From a virus (lineage: Duplodnaviria; Caudoviricetes): a stretch of 61,188 bases of DNA. Positions 1 through 9,502 of the stretch are shown piece by piece (within the stretch, counting starts at the first letter, position 1; every line of letters starts with the position of its first letter). A program made the translations under genes and the position numbers. The DNA lies in IMG/VR virus record IMGVR_UViG_3300021088_000012, positions 1 through 61,188 of that record. One strand, 5' to 3'. Below the pieces are notes generated by a model. It searched no databases. It was given only the letters and a program-made list of their open reading frames with translations, and was not told the DNA's origin.

Positions 1-185
1 ATTGTAGAGGCTGCAGCGAGTGCAGCGATTGCAGCGGTTGCCGCGGTTGCGGCGGTTGCAGCGATTGCAGCGGTTGCAGCGATTGCAGCGATTGCAGCGA
101 TTGCCGCGGTTGCAGCGGTTGCAGCGGTTGCCGCGGTTGCAGCGATTGCAGCGGTTGCCGCGGTTGCAGCGGTTGCAGCGGTTGT
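1..185 (+). repeat. 9-nt tandem repeat (TGCAGCGAT/TGCAGCGGT/TGCCGCGGT) encoding Cys-X-X
   Basis: Cys codons every 9 nt from 3 to 183 (21 Cys); same units as 60999-61188. Confidence 0.97.
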
Positions 186-572
186 TATTACCAAACTAAT
201 CTTGAAGGCGAGAAAGACGCCACAGGAACAGGTGAGACTTTGGAACAAATAGGATTCCCCAATGTACCAGTAATTGAAAATATTCATCAGAAAATATTTG
301 AGGCTGCTTCCGGTCCTAAGGCATTGAATATGGGTAATTGGCATACCTGCGATACAACACATTGCCGGGCTGGATGGGTGGAATTCCTGGCGGGTGAGGA
401 AGGAAAGGTGCTCGCTACTAAGACCTCTACACTTTTCGCGGCGATGCAGATCTATAAGAAATCTTCTCCCGAAATAAGGGTATGGCCTCCGAGATTCTTT
501 GAGGACAATGAAACGGCATTGGCTGACATGAAAAAATGCGCTGAACTGGAGAAGGAAAAACAAAAAGCATGA
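3..572 (+). CDS. 3' part of Cys-X-X repeat protein with C-terminal WHTCxTTHCRAGW domain (5' part at 60873-61188)
   Basis: Frame is open from position 3 (CRGCSECSDC...) into the track ORF 240-572. The LNMGNWHTCDTTHCRAGWV domain is one I associate with phage pentapeptide-repeat proteins. Confidence 0.85.
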   Translation, partial: CRGCSECSDCSGCRGCGGCSDCSGCSDCSDCSDCRGCSGCSGCRGCSDCSGCRGCSGCSGCYYQTNLEGEKDATGTGETLEQIGFPNVPVIENIHQKIFEAASGPKALNMGNWHTCDTTHCRAGWVEFLAGEEGKVLATKTSTLFAAMQIYKKSSPEIRVWPPRFFEDNETALADMKKCAELEKEKQKA

Positions 573-949
573 GCAAAGACATCTTACATCCGATCTTCGA
601 AAAAGAGGAGCTGAAAGCAATCTCCCCTGAATGGCTGGAAGCCCACGGATTTGCCCTGGTGACCCCTGGAGTGCAAGAAAAATGGGAATATTTTCCAGCC
701 GTCTTCGATGTGCCAGGTGACCCGGAGGACGGGGACCTCTGCTATTTGGAAAAAAAGTTAGACCGAAAGCAATTCTGCATTGTGCTAAGTCCTAATAAAT
801 ATTCCACCGGAGAAAAATACTTTAGGTTCGAAATATACATTCAGGAAGACATCGGTTGCGGATTCGTAAATATTCCCAATCAATTCACCGAGATGACGGA
901 ATATCACTTCAGCCTTCTTTATGAGGCAATAAGGAGGGAAAAGCTATGA
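569..949 (+). CDS. Hypothetical protein
   Basis: 126-aa ORF with ATGA overlaps on both sides. Confidence 0.7.
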   Translation: MSKDILHPIFEKEELKAISPEWLEAHGFALVTPGVQEKWEYFPAVFDVPGDPEDGDLCYLEKKLDRKQFCIVLSPNKYSTGEKYFRFEIYIQEDIGCGFVNIPNQFTEMTEYHFSLLYEAIRREKL

Positions 950-1323
950 TCAGGACAACCGAATTGCGCATCGGCAACCGTCTTTGGCCTTTTCGCGTCC
1001 TAAACCCGAAAAACATTCCACTGATGGGATATTCTATATGCGTTAGGCATCTTGCCTATTCGGATGAGGAATTGAACGGTGATTGGGAAGGCATCCCCCT
1101 GACTCCTGAGATCATGGAAAAGTGCGGGTTTGATGTCAATGGAAGGCGATACCACCAAGATCCATTATTGGTATTCGATTACAACGACAAGATGGCTATT
1201 ATGGAGATATGTGATAAACAGGAATGGGAGCATTCAGAAATTGAAATTTCCTGTAAATATCTTCACCAACTTCAAAATCTTTTCTTCGCCCTTACCGGGG
1301 AAGAGCTAAAAATACAGATATGA
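946..1323 (+). CDS. Conserved Bacteroidetes-phage protein (ELRIGN...IPLTPE...LHQLQNLFFALTGEEL, YopX-like)
   Basis: Recognisable motif set; ATGA coupling. Confidence 0.75.
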   Translation: MIRTTELRIGNRLWPFRVLNPKNIPLMGYSICVRHLAYSDEELNGDWEGIPLTPEIMEKCGFDVNGRRYHQDPLLVFDYNDKMAIMEICDKQEWEHSEIEISCKYLHQLQNLFFALTGEELKIQI

Positions 1324-1586
1324 ATGATATACGCCTAGAACGAGATAAGGCAATTGCCGATTTTGTGCAGATAACGGCTGTGAGAGTAATAGAACAATCG
1401 AAACGTATATCTATGTTAACAGATCAGTTAAAGGCAACATCATGGTGGCGATTTAGGATGCGTCGGAGATTGAAAAGAGCCATTCGGTTTGAGGGGGCTT
1501 TCACTGCTACAATCGCCAGTAGGGCGGCTTCTCGAATAGCTATCGAAATATCTACTCCAATACCAACTGATTATAAAAACAGATAA
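1320..1586 (+). CDS. Hypothetical protein
   Basis: 88-aa ORF, ATGA coupled. Confidence 0.6.
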   Translation: MNDIRLERDKAIADFVQITAVRVIEQSKRISMLTDQLKATSWWRFRMRRRLKRAIRFEGAFTATIASRAASRIAIEISTPIPTDYKNR

Positions 1587-1588
1587 TC

Positions 1589-1684
1589 ATGAAAAAGTAC
1601 GCAACCCTAATCATCATAATTATCCGCTCCCTGGTCATCGGCGCGGCCCTTGCTTATGCCCTTTACGTTTTAACTCATAAATAA
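1589..1684 (+). CDS. Small membrane peptide (MKKYATLIIIIIRSLVIGAALAYALYVLTHK)
   Basis: Read from sequence (below ORF-track cutoff); hydrophobic; abuts the convergent stop at 1685. Confidence 0.55.
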   Translation: MKKYATLIIIIIRSLVIGAALAYALYVLTHK

Positions 1685-2317
1685 TCACTTCCGCCGAAAC
1701 CCGCACGAAAGTATGTTCCAGTCAGTATCACGGCGCCTTACGATGTCCTCATGCTTCGAGTAGGCCACCATGCGCCAGCCCATCTTCCACATCCATTTAC
1801 GCATTGACTCCAAGGTAAAATGGTGCAAATGTTCCCCTGGCTTCCTATGCGGCCATGTACTGAATTTATCCGTTCCCGGGAAGAATGGTAGGCTCAGAAC
1901 GATCGTCTCGCAGCGGAGGTCCTTAACAAACTGAATATTAGGGTAGTGCTCTAAAACGTCCCAGAAACAAAGGACGTCCACTACCAGGTTTATATCCTCG
2001 ATAAAGTCGCAGCCGGCAGGAACCGGGACGCCGGAAATGTCATGCCCATAGACCACGGGGATTTGCTTCTTAGCGAACTTCATAAAGGCCCCGTTCCCGT
2101 AGCCTACATCTGTGATGGATTGAATCGGCTTTCCATGGACCCCGACTGCAAATGCCAGGCGCATGCCCTGTAAAAGCTCATTTTGACGAACATATTCCGG
2201 GGTGTCATAGGTTGCACAATAATTCCCATCATACAAATAAGGCTCAGGGTTAACCTGGTGGACGACACCATAACGGTCTGTCTTGTATTCGGCTCCGTCG
2301 ATCTCAAATTTTCTCAT
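1685..2317 (-). CDS. Class I SAM-dependent methyltransferase
   Basis: DVGYGNG motif I, GHDIS, FWDVLEH, EHLHHF; typical of glycan-locus methyltransferases. Confidence 0.85.
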   Translation of the reverse strand: MRKFEIDGAEYKTDRYGVVHQVNPEPYLYDGNYCATYDTPEYVRQNELLQGMRLAFAVGVHGKPIQSITDVGYGNGAFMKFAKKQIPVVYGHDISGVPVPAGCDFIEDINLVVDVLCFWDVLEHYPNIQFVKDLRCETIVLSLPFFPGTDKFSTWPHRKPGEHLHHFTLESMRKWMWKMGWRMVAYSKHEDIVRRRDTDWNILSCGFRRK

Positions 2318-2586
2318 CTTCTGCGATTTAGTTTTTTATTGCTGAGTGTGTTTTTTCGGCGAACTTTCGGAGCAACCAAGCGAGGGGCTTTCATCATGAT
2401 GACAACGGCACTTAGTTGATTATGAACGAAGTCATCACCTGAAATACCTATTCTTAATGTCCGGGAATCTCCTATCCATCCCTTATCATAGGAAATAATC
2501 TGCTTTTTGACGAAAGGCATACCAAATGCCTCCAGGAATTCATTGGTGAACTTCATCATTTTGCGCCTGGATTTAGTCCTTTTCAT
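2314..2586 (-). CDS. Hypothetical basic protein
   Basis: Start moved to ATG at 2586 (ATGA overlap with the upstream stop). Confidence 0.55.
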   Translation of the reverse strand: MKRTKSRRKMMKFTNEFLEAFGMPFVKKQIISYDKGWIGDSRTLRIGISGDDFVHNQLSAVVIMMKAPRLVAPKVRRKNTLSNKKLNRRR

Positions 2587-3293
2587 AGTAATGCATGCTC
2601 CCATTTCGTATAGAGCCGGACGTTTGTTTTCTGTTTTTTGAAGGCGCAATAATAATCTTTCCCAATACCCTGAGCAAGGGCTACGGCCGGCCCTTGGTTG
2701 CAATATAGTGCCCGGCAATCCCGTATAATCCTGACCATTTCCATGAAATCCTTTGTAAAGACGTAATCGATGTGACCGACTTCCTCGCAGAAGGCTTGCC
2801 AATCCTGCTCAAATCCAATGAATATTTTATTCCCTTTCACCGATTCGAAACCTTTTTTCCAATCGTAATCGGAGAACCGCCAGCGCGGTGAAAGGAACCA
2901 AACCGTATAATCCTGGCCGGTTAAATCGGTAGGAATGGTATCCAGGGTCAGCCAGGGGGCCCTATGATCGCGCCGGGCCACTCGCCAGTATTTAGCCATT
3001 GAAAGCCCGATATAGTCCCGGCCACGCCCCCTGCAGTTCCTCCAGGCATCCATATTGATATCGTAGCTGATAGCCGGATCGAACCGATCGAAGCCAAGGC
3101 CCTCATCTTTGGTCGGTAGAACCCGGAATCCCTGTAGTTCGATCAATTCCTTCAGGCCAGTGTACATAGATCCCCATCCCTCCGGATAGTAGGATTCTTT
3201 GATGTAAAGGGTCGAAATGCCCATCAGTTTCATGATCGGGACGGAGATTATTACATCGCCTGCACCTCCTGACGTTATGGCTATGCGGCCCAT
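2583..3293 (-). CDS. Glycosyltransferase family 9 (heptosyltransferase)-like protein
   Basis: N-terminal SGGAGDVI; C-terminal FMEMVRIIRDCRALYCNQGPAVALAQGIGK GT-B/GT9-like motif. Confidence 0.72.
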   Translation of the reverse strand: MGRIAITSGGAGDVIISVPIMKLMGISTLYIKESYYPEGWGSMYTGLKELIELQGFRVLPTKDEGLGFDRFDPAISYDINMDAWRNCRGRGRDYIGLSMAKYWRVARRDHRAPWLTLDTIPTDLTGQDYTVWFLSPRWRFSDYDWKKGFESVKGNKIFIGFEQDWQAFCEEVGHIDYVFTKDFMEMVRIIRDCRALYCNQGPAVALAQGIGKDYYCAFKKQKTNVRLYTKWEHALL

Positions 3294-3859
3294 GATTTTC
3301 CATTTTTTACCCGATATATCGTATATCTGGTGATGTTAAATCTCAGGCAAAGGCTATCAACATCCTCGTTACTGGATCTGATTTCATCAGCAATTGCTTG
3401 ATTTATCTTTGCGCGTCTGCTGTTTCTAGAATTTATGGAATGAGGGACCCATCGAATATTATCAAGTTCGTAATTGCCATCATTTTCCATTCTATCCATA
3501 TCGTAGCCCTCGACATATAGATGCTGCACATCGTTAAAAAAATTGTTGAAGGTAAGCCAGCGGGGGCAAACCGTTATCCCCCGGCCTCCCCAATCTTTAT
3601 ATTGAGGATGAGGTTTGTAAAAACATCTTTGCAGCATATTTTTATATACCTGGTACAGTTTTTTGCGCTTCGGATCGTGATAGCATATTTCATAAGTATT
3701 GCTTTGTCGGGTCAAATTGTTGGTTGATCTTATAATCTGCTTACCGCATTCGCAGATACAGACCCAAAATGTTTCTTCACCGACGTTTGGAGCGGGATAT
3801 AATATCGTAATTGTTCCCTTTTTAATGCCCGTAAGATCGCGTCTATGATTTGCCATCAT
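3281..3859 (-). CDS. HNH homing endonuclease
   Basis: RRDLTG...WVCICECG, MLQRC...YKDWGGRGITVCPRW, DRMENDGNYELDNIRWV...NSRN; start moved to ATG 3859. Confidence 0.9.
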   Translation of the reverse strand: MMANHRRDLTGIKKGTITILYPAPNVGEETFWVCICECGKQIIRSTNNLTRQSNTYEICYHDPKRKKLYQVYKNMLQRCFYKPHPQYKDWGGRGITVCPRWLTFNNFFNDVQHLYVEGYDMDRMENDGNYELDNIRWVPHSINSRNSRRAKINQAIADEIRSSNEDVDSLCLRFNITRYTIYRVKNGKSWAA

Positions 3860-3866
3860 GAATAAA

Positions 3867-4502
3867 TTAAACTGTACAAATGAGGATTCCATCAATAACA
3901 GGGTTTGCAGCCATGGTGAACCGATAATTCGGATTGATCCGAAGCAGGGCATCCTTTATGTCTTGCTTCGAATATCCGACACGGTCCTCATAGAAAATAT
4001 GCCAATCATCAATTATAATCGTGTGGCTCTTTATCGGATGCCTTCCGATTTGCTCCAGCTCCTTCAGAAGGGGGAAGGGATTCGCGCCTGGATCTTCACC
4101 TTCGAAGAATTGCCAATGGCCATCTAAAAAAAGCGTCATTGGTTCCTGAATATCCTTGATGATCTCCAAAAGAAAAATGGCGCTATCCCCGGTCCACAAT
4201 TTCACCGGTTTGGGCTCTCCTTCTGGCCGAGGGATCAAATCGAACCGGTGGCGGCAGAATTTCGTGTTCTCCGGGTCAATGTCGATGGACCGCACTTCGG
4301 AAAAACCAGCGTCAAGGAAGGCTTGAATTCCATCGCCGCGCCAGGATCCAGTTTCAATCCCGATGCGGTTGGGATATTCTTTAAAAAGCGATCTATTTGG
4401 GGGAAGTGACATTTTATTTGATTTTAAAGGTTCATCTGATTCAGCATGGAGGTTTTCAACCATTGTGAAGGCTCCCGCTACTTTTACCAGTTCGCGTTTC
4501 AT
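3867..4502 (-). CDS. SAM-dependent methyltransferase-like protein
   Basis: IETGSWRGDG, SIDID, GDSA, LFLDGHW, IIIDD motifs. Confidence 0.78.
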   Translation of the reverse strand: MKRELVKVAGAFTMVENLHAESDEPLKSNKMSLPPNRSLFKEYPNRIGIETGSWRGDGIQAFLDAGFSEVRSIDIDPENTKFCRHRFDLIPRPEGEPKPVKLWTGDSAIFLLEIIKDIQEPMTLFLDGHWQFFEGEDPGANPFPLLKELEQIGRHPIKSHTIIIDDWHIFYEDRVGYSKQDIKDALLRINPNYRFTMAANPVIDGILICTV

Positions 4503-4870
4503 AATTGCTCCATTTGTCTTTCCAATTCTGAATTATAATGCTTTTCAACCTTGATCGATTTTGCATAATCATTCGCTATTTCCAGAAGCCTTTTCTTCAG
4601 ATCGAAAGAACTTTCATCCCATATTTCCAAGATGCCAGGATTGCCCCCCAATCCATTTTGAAAGCTAAGAACCATTGGATTAAAATGAATCATTATTCTT
4701 TGATCTGGTTTCTCTTCAATAATTGCAGGATCTGGCCTTAATTCAAAGTGAAACCTGTAAGGGTAGATGTCATTCCAAAAAAGGAAAGACCTTTTTTGAA
4801 GGACGCTTTCAATGCACCCGTCTTTAAAATTTACTTTATGTCGGACCCCGGGCCAATAATTTATAATCAT
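4499..4870 (-). CDS. Hypothetical protein
   Basis: 123-aa ORF, ATGA coupled. Confidence 0.6.
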   Translation of the reverse strand: MIINYWPGVRHKVNFKDGCIESVLQKRSFLFWNDIYPYRFHFELRPDPAIIEEKPDQRIMIHFNPMVLSFQNGLGGNPGILEIWDESSFDLKKRLLEIANDYAKSIKVEKHYNSELERQMEQL

Positions 4871-5726
4871 AACTTAGATTTTAGATCATAAACATCTTTT
4901 ACCCAATCAAATATCTGTTTTGGAGTGCAGAAAAAACACTCCTTAAAGGTGCCTGAATCAATCAATTCAGGATCGCACCAGGTCCGCGGGAGTTTCGGCA
5001 GGCTCTTTTCGGGATAAAACATGACCCCGGGCCGGTGAAGCAATCCGCACAAAATTCCCAACCCAGAAGGGAAATAGAACCCATAGGAAAGCCTTTTCAT
5101 CATTTCGATCACATACCCCAAGGGTTTACCGATCGTTGAAATATAGCTGATGTGGTTCGCCTGCAGGAGGTTTCGGAGATTCAATGCAAGTTCCGCGTCC
5201 CATTCAGCCCCGATTTGTACAAAGGTCGCTTCCGGGATAAGACCTCGGAGCATTTTGATAAGTTCCAGCCAGCCCTGCTCGGTCCAAAAACCCCAATTGC
5301 GTGCCGTACTATAAGCACTTGCGTAGATCCCTATGTAAGGCCCTCTCGGGAAATCACTTTTTACCACTTCCTCCCACTCTGCTGTTTGAAAGGGCAAAGA
5401 ATAGCTGGTAGGAAGATCCGGCAGGAAGTTTTCGATCCGATTGCCGGCTTCTAGGAATTCGTTAGCAGAGAGGAAGAAATCCTGCTCCGTTATCTGGCTC
5501 CAATGCTTTTTGGTTCGCTGAATGTTTCGGGGGCCAACGACCGAATAAGGAAGGCCCGGGACATATTCGCAGGAGGCAAAATACTGCGGAAGCAAATCAA
5601 CTACTTGTCGACCTCTTTGAGGCAAACCATTATGCATCTGGATATTAAAACGCTCTTTGCTACTTCCCAGCTTCATAGCGAGCCACAAAAATCCCCTATG
5701 CCCGGATTGGTTTTAATTATTCTCAT
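4867..5726 (-). CDS. GT9-like glycosyltransferase, interrupted by a -1 frameshift at 5687-5691
   Basis: ATG 5726 overlaps the upstream TGA and reads MRIIKTNPGIGDF; the body (LWLAMK...WTEQGWLEL...IGAEWD...FPSGLGIL) continues in the -1 frame. Confidence 0.72.
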
Positions 5727-6202
5727 TTTAAAAATCCTTTATATAATAATAATACCTCTTTAGGCTCCATTTGTGGCCTTATTAAAGAATGATTAATAAT
5801 ATTCAACATATCTTCGTCCGACCAATTGATTTCACTTCCTCGCTTATAAATATGCCATCCGTTGGGAACGGTCACTTTGCAATCATTCGAATATTTACTA
5901 TGCTCAACATCAAAAAATTTTTCCTCAATTACTTTATTGCTATCTGAAACAGGTGCCTTTTCAAATTTCACCAGCTTTTTGCAGATCTGATCGTATCGTT
6001 CATGCAAGTCTTTGATTTGCTGATAAACACTTTCCTTGAAGGCCTTTTGCTCTTCATCCCGGACGGCTTCGGCATGAGATGAATTGTTTAATCTTTTTGT
6101 CAATTCTGTTGCTGCTAGATTGAAAAGCGGTGCGGGAATCATTCCCATAGAGCTATTGACAATTGTTATAAGCTCCTGATTTGTAAATTCATTTATTGAC
6201 AT
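5723..6202 (-). CDS. Hypothetical protein
   Basis: Start moved to MSINEF at 6202. Confidence 0.6.
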   Translation of the reverse strand: MSINEFTNQELITIVNSSMGMIPAPLFNLAATELTKRLNNSSHAEAVRDEEQKAFKESVYQQIKDLHERYDQICKKLVKFEKAPVSDSNKVIEEKFFDVEHSKYSNDCKVTVPNGWHIYKRGSEINWSDEDMLNIINHSLIRPQMEPKEVLLLYKGFLK

Positions 6203-6416
6203 TATCTTGCGTTTTTGGTTTCTCATTAAAAATCCGCTTGCCGGCCATCCATATTCCGTGGCCGCCCAACACCAGGGGCCAGAACAACGCCACTCCAATA
6301 TTGCGGATATCGAAGAAAGAATCCTTGCTCACCTCTACCTCATTGGTGCAGATCAGAAAAAGGGCTATCCCGCAGGTGAGGGCATAAAGGATGCAGGCGG
6401 TGATTATCCAGATCAT
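6189..6416 (-). CDS. Small two-TM membrane protein
   Basis: Two hydrophobic segments, ALFWPL motif. Confidence 0.6.
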   Translation of the reverse strand: MIWIITACILYALTCGIALFLICTNEVEVSKDSFFDIRNIGVALFWPLVLGGHGIWMAGKRIFNEKPKTQDNVNK

Positions 6417-7165
6417 AGTGAAATTGTTTTAACATATGTTATTTTACCATCTACTATAACCTTTTTTCTTCCTTTACCAGCCAACCCGATCTTCTTTTTA
6501 TGCTCATCACTAAAAACTCTTCCCTTTCCCGCTTCGCTCATATTTCTTCTCGCCTCATCAGTTACGGGAAGCTTATTTTTCTGTGCTAGGCTCATTCTGG
6601 CCCTTGATTCCGATGATCTTTTTAGGCCCAGTTGATTATTGGGCTTACCTTTTTTTGAATCGCTCAGTTTCTTCTTAGTTGCATCGCTCATAATGCGATT
6701 TTTTGAACTTGCGCTCATTTTTTGCCTTGTCTCTTCAGAAAAATTAACTCCTAATCTGGTTTTTAATTTTGGATTCCCTTTAAGTGCTTTGCTTATTTTT
6801 TCTCTTGTTTCCTGAGAAACAAATCTGCCTTTGAAAGCTATGCTCAATTTTCTCTTCTCTTCTTCTCCCAATTTACCGCGCGTCCCACCTTCTTTCAAAT
6901 TCAACAATTTAACACCGCAATCTTTATATAATTTCATGTATAAGCATTCATATTCATTTAATATTGATTGCGTTATATCATCGGGAAGTTCGTGAATTAT
7001 CTCAAAGCAATGATTATTTGACCCATACTTATTGAAAGACTTCATAAGTAATGTGGTTTTCTTTTTAGAGGGCTTACGATGGTCATGCCATCTTTGCTTC
7101 ATATTTCTCGATTGTCCAATATAAATCGAATTGGAAGGTGAAATTATTCTGTAAATTCCAGTCAT
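6413..7165 (-). CDS. GIY-YIG homing endonuclease with NUMOD3 repeats
   Basis: MTGIYRI...IYIGQS...QRWHDH; repeated SEETRQKMS/SQETREKIS/SDEHKKKIG. Confidence 0.93.
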   Translation of the reverse strand: MTGIYRIISPSNSIYIGQSRNMKQRWHDHRKPSKKKTTLLMKSFNKYGSNNHCFEIIHELPDDITQSILNEYECLYMKLYKDCGVKLLNLKEGGTRGKLGEEEKRKLSIAFKGRFVSQETREKISKALKGNPKLKTRLGVNFSEETRQKMSASSKNRIMSDATKKKLSDSKKGKPNNQLGLKRSSESRARMSLAQKNKLPVTDEARRNMSEAGKGRVFSDEHKKKIGLAGKGRKKVIVDGKITYVKTISL

Positions 7166-7824
7166 ATTTCGAATTTAGATTTTTTAGGATATATTTTATC
7201 CATCAAAGGAATACATTTATCAATAACGCCATCCGCAGTACTAAACCAATCTCTTCCTTTCAAGTCTTTTAAAATAAATGGAGTTCTAAATTTACAATCT
7301 TCCATTTGCCTCCCTTTAATTCCGGCAAACTGTGAAAAAATCGATTTTACGCATAGTCCCCAAGGCAGATCCCATCGGCAACTACGCATCCGGTAAAGCA
7401 GAGATCGTTGCATGGTCATGGGCACGTGTATATCAAAATTGTTCCCTTTAGGTGCCACGCGGATCGTATTGGCTACCGTCTTTTTATAGTTAGAGTTTCT
7501 GGAAAGGCTGTAGAATTTATTAAGCAGGCTTACATCCCAGCCATATTGCTCCTGCCAGGGAGCCATCAAAAAGTGATCATCATGCGCCATCAAAAATTCA
7601 TCCTCCGGGCATAAAAGGAGCTTTTCGAACATATTCCGCTCCCGTTGGTGCGCTTCTGGCCGGTCGGTCGCCGTGATGTGCTCAACCCCTTGAATCCACC
7701 CCGGCATTCCCCCTATAACGTAAATTTTATCTGGCTTAACGTAAATTTCGAATCCGCGGAGAGCGAATCGAAGATCAAGGTAATCATTATTCGTTTCGGA
7801 TGCCAAAGGGATGCAAATTGTCAT
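7162..7824 (-). CDS. Stealth-like / GT-A-like sugar(-phosphate) transferase
   Basis: DLRFALRGFE, IYVIGGMPGW, FLMAHDDHFLM, FDIHVPM, WFSTAD. Confidence 0.65.
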   Translation of the reverse strand: MTICIPLASETNNDYLDLRFALRGFEIYVKPDKIYVIGGMPGWIQGVEHITATDRPEAHQRERNMFEKLLLCPEDEFLMAHDDHFLMAPWQEQYGWDVSLLNKFYSLSRNSNYKKTVANTIRVAPKGNNFDIHVPMTMQRSLLYRMRSCRWDLPWGLCVKSIFSQFAGIKGRQMEDCKFRTPFILKDLKGRDWFSTADGVIDKCIPLMDKIYPKKSKFEI

Positions 7825-7927
7825 TAATCAGGATTAAAAGTTACAAAATACGCTTAAAAACGAAATAATGATTCGGTTAAACGAAAATAATTAATAGTTC
7901 CACATGAAACACTTTTATTTTTAAATC

Positions 7928-8059
7928 GTGGAAAAGCCTACAAACCAACAGAGTAAAAAACAAGGAGGCAATCAGGGTCAATCATATCAGGACCGGCTGA
8001 ACCTTCAAAGGAAAGAAGTTGGCACTAAAAAAGTAGCCAAGAAAAAGGCAAAAAAATAA
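7928..8059 (+). CDS. Small basic protein preceding the portal (MEKPTNQQSKK...KKKAKK)
   Basis: 43-aa GTG-start ORF read from sequence, ending 3 nt before the portal ATG. Confidence 0.5.
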   Translation: MEKPTNQQSKKQGGNQGQSYQDRLNLQRKEVGTKKVAKKKAKK

Positions 8060-8062
8060 TTC

Positions 8063-9502
8063 ATGGGGAATACGCTCGCTATAGCCGGCCAGAAATTAAT
8101 TCGGGGTATTTCCCAGAAATTCATTGGTGACCCCTATATCGCAGAAGCTGCTGTAATTGTTCCTTCGCAGTTCCGGAATAACCCAGGGAATCCGAATTGG
8201 TTCTTCGGGCCGAATGGGATTGATTACCGGTTTATTTTTGACGGGGCTACCTCTGCCAGCAAAGCCTATCTTCAATGTCCTCCGCTTGCTGCTATCATTA
8301 ACCGGAAGGCGCAGGCTTATATCAATGGCAAGACAGTGATCTTGAATAGCCAGGGAAAACCAGCTAGTGGGGATCATGCCGGCAGGATCATGAAACTGCT
8401 GCGCAAACCGAACCTTTTACAGTCCTGGCGACAATTCGAGGCCCAACATTATACTTATTGTCAATTATTCGGGTTCTGCATCACCTTGCCTATTTACCCG
8501 GCAGGTTTCGAAGCGTTGGGTGATCCTTCCCAGGCCAGTAGTCTCTGGAATATTCCACCCTATATGATCGCGGTTGAGGAAACCAATAAACTATGGTTCC
8601 AGGCGAAGGATATGAGCGATATCGTAAAAAGAATCGTCATAAAATATAAGGATGTTCATTTTGAACTCCAAATTGATGACGTTTTCATTTTTAAGGATTT
8701 CGCCCCCAATTTCGATAGTCAGGTATTTCCTACTTCTCGTATCCGGCCTTTGGCGATGCCAATTAATAATATCATTGCCTCTTTGGAGTCGCGTAATGAG
8801 TTGATCAACTATGCAGGTAGTCAGGGTATATTAACCCCTGAGAGTGATACCATGGGCGCCATTCCGCTGAAAGAAAGTGAGAAGGATCAACTTCAAGCGG
8901 ATTTTAAACGTCAATACGGCATCAAAAAAGGCCAATCCCGCTATATCATTTCACCGGCAGCTATGAAATGGCAACCAATGGGAAAGGCGACACGTGACTT
9001 GATGCTCTTTGAAGAAATCGCCGATGATATCATGCGGTTATGCGATGGATTCAGTTATCCTTCCCCTTTACTGAACTCCGAAAAAGGCCCATCTGTCAGT
9101 AATACCAGGGAATTCAAAGCCCAGGTTTATCAAGACGGAGTCATGCCGGAATCGCTGGACATGTATGAGCAATGGGAGAGCTTCTTCCATTTAGAGGAAA
9201 CAAACCTGAATCTGACTAAAAATTACGATCACATCCCGGTATTAAAATCCGATCAGGTAGACGATGGCAAAGCCCAGCTTTCCCGGAACCAGGCCCTCCT
9301 GATCGCTTATCAGAATGATGTAATCACTTTGAACGACTGGCGGGAAAAGATGGGTTATGATAAAACGCCGGACGGGGATGTTTTTTTCAGCCAATCCAAC
9401 CAGAAAAAACAAGCCGATGCCCATGCTGTGACATTGGCCATAAATAGCAATCAAAATTCTAATTCACAAAACGAGGACGACGATCCTAAAGATGATCAAT
9501 AA
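8063..9502 (+). CDS. Portal protein (HK97-family)
   Basis: LLRKPNLLQSWRQFE, SLWNIPP, VITLNDWREKMGY; position before protease and capsid. Confidence 0.9.
   Translation: MGNTLAIAGQKLIRGISQKFIGDPYIAEAAVIVPSQFRNNPGNPNWFFGPNGIDYRFIFDGATSASKAYLQCPPLAAIINRKAQAYINGKTVILNSQGKPASGDHAGRIMKLLRKPNLLQSWRQFEAQHYTYCQLFGFCITLPIYPAGFEALGDPSQASSLWNIPPYMIAVEETNKLWFQAKDMSDIVKRIVIKYKDVHFELQIDDVFIFKDFAPNFDSQVFPTSRIRPLAMPINNIIASLESRNELINYAGSQGILTPESDTMGAIPLKESEKDQLQADFKRQYGIKKGQSRYIISPAAMKWQPMGKATRDLMLFEEIADDIMRLCDGFSYPSPLLNSEKGPSVSNTREFKAQVYQDGVMPESLDMYEQWESFFHLEETNLNLTKNYDHIPVLKSDQVDDGKAQLSRNQALLIAYQNDVITLNDWREKMGYDKTPDGDVFFSQSNQKKQADAHAVTLAINSNQNSNSQNEDDDPKDDQ

Noticed and set aside
1-185. Terminal repeats as a CRISPR array or direct terminal repeat
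   Set aside because: The units are 9-nt coding repeats with no spacers. The ends share repeat units but no unique overlapping sequence.
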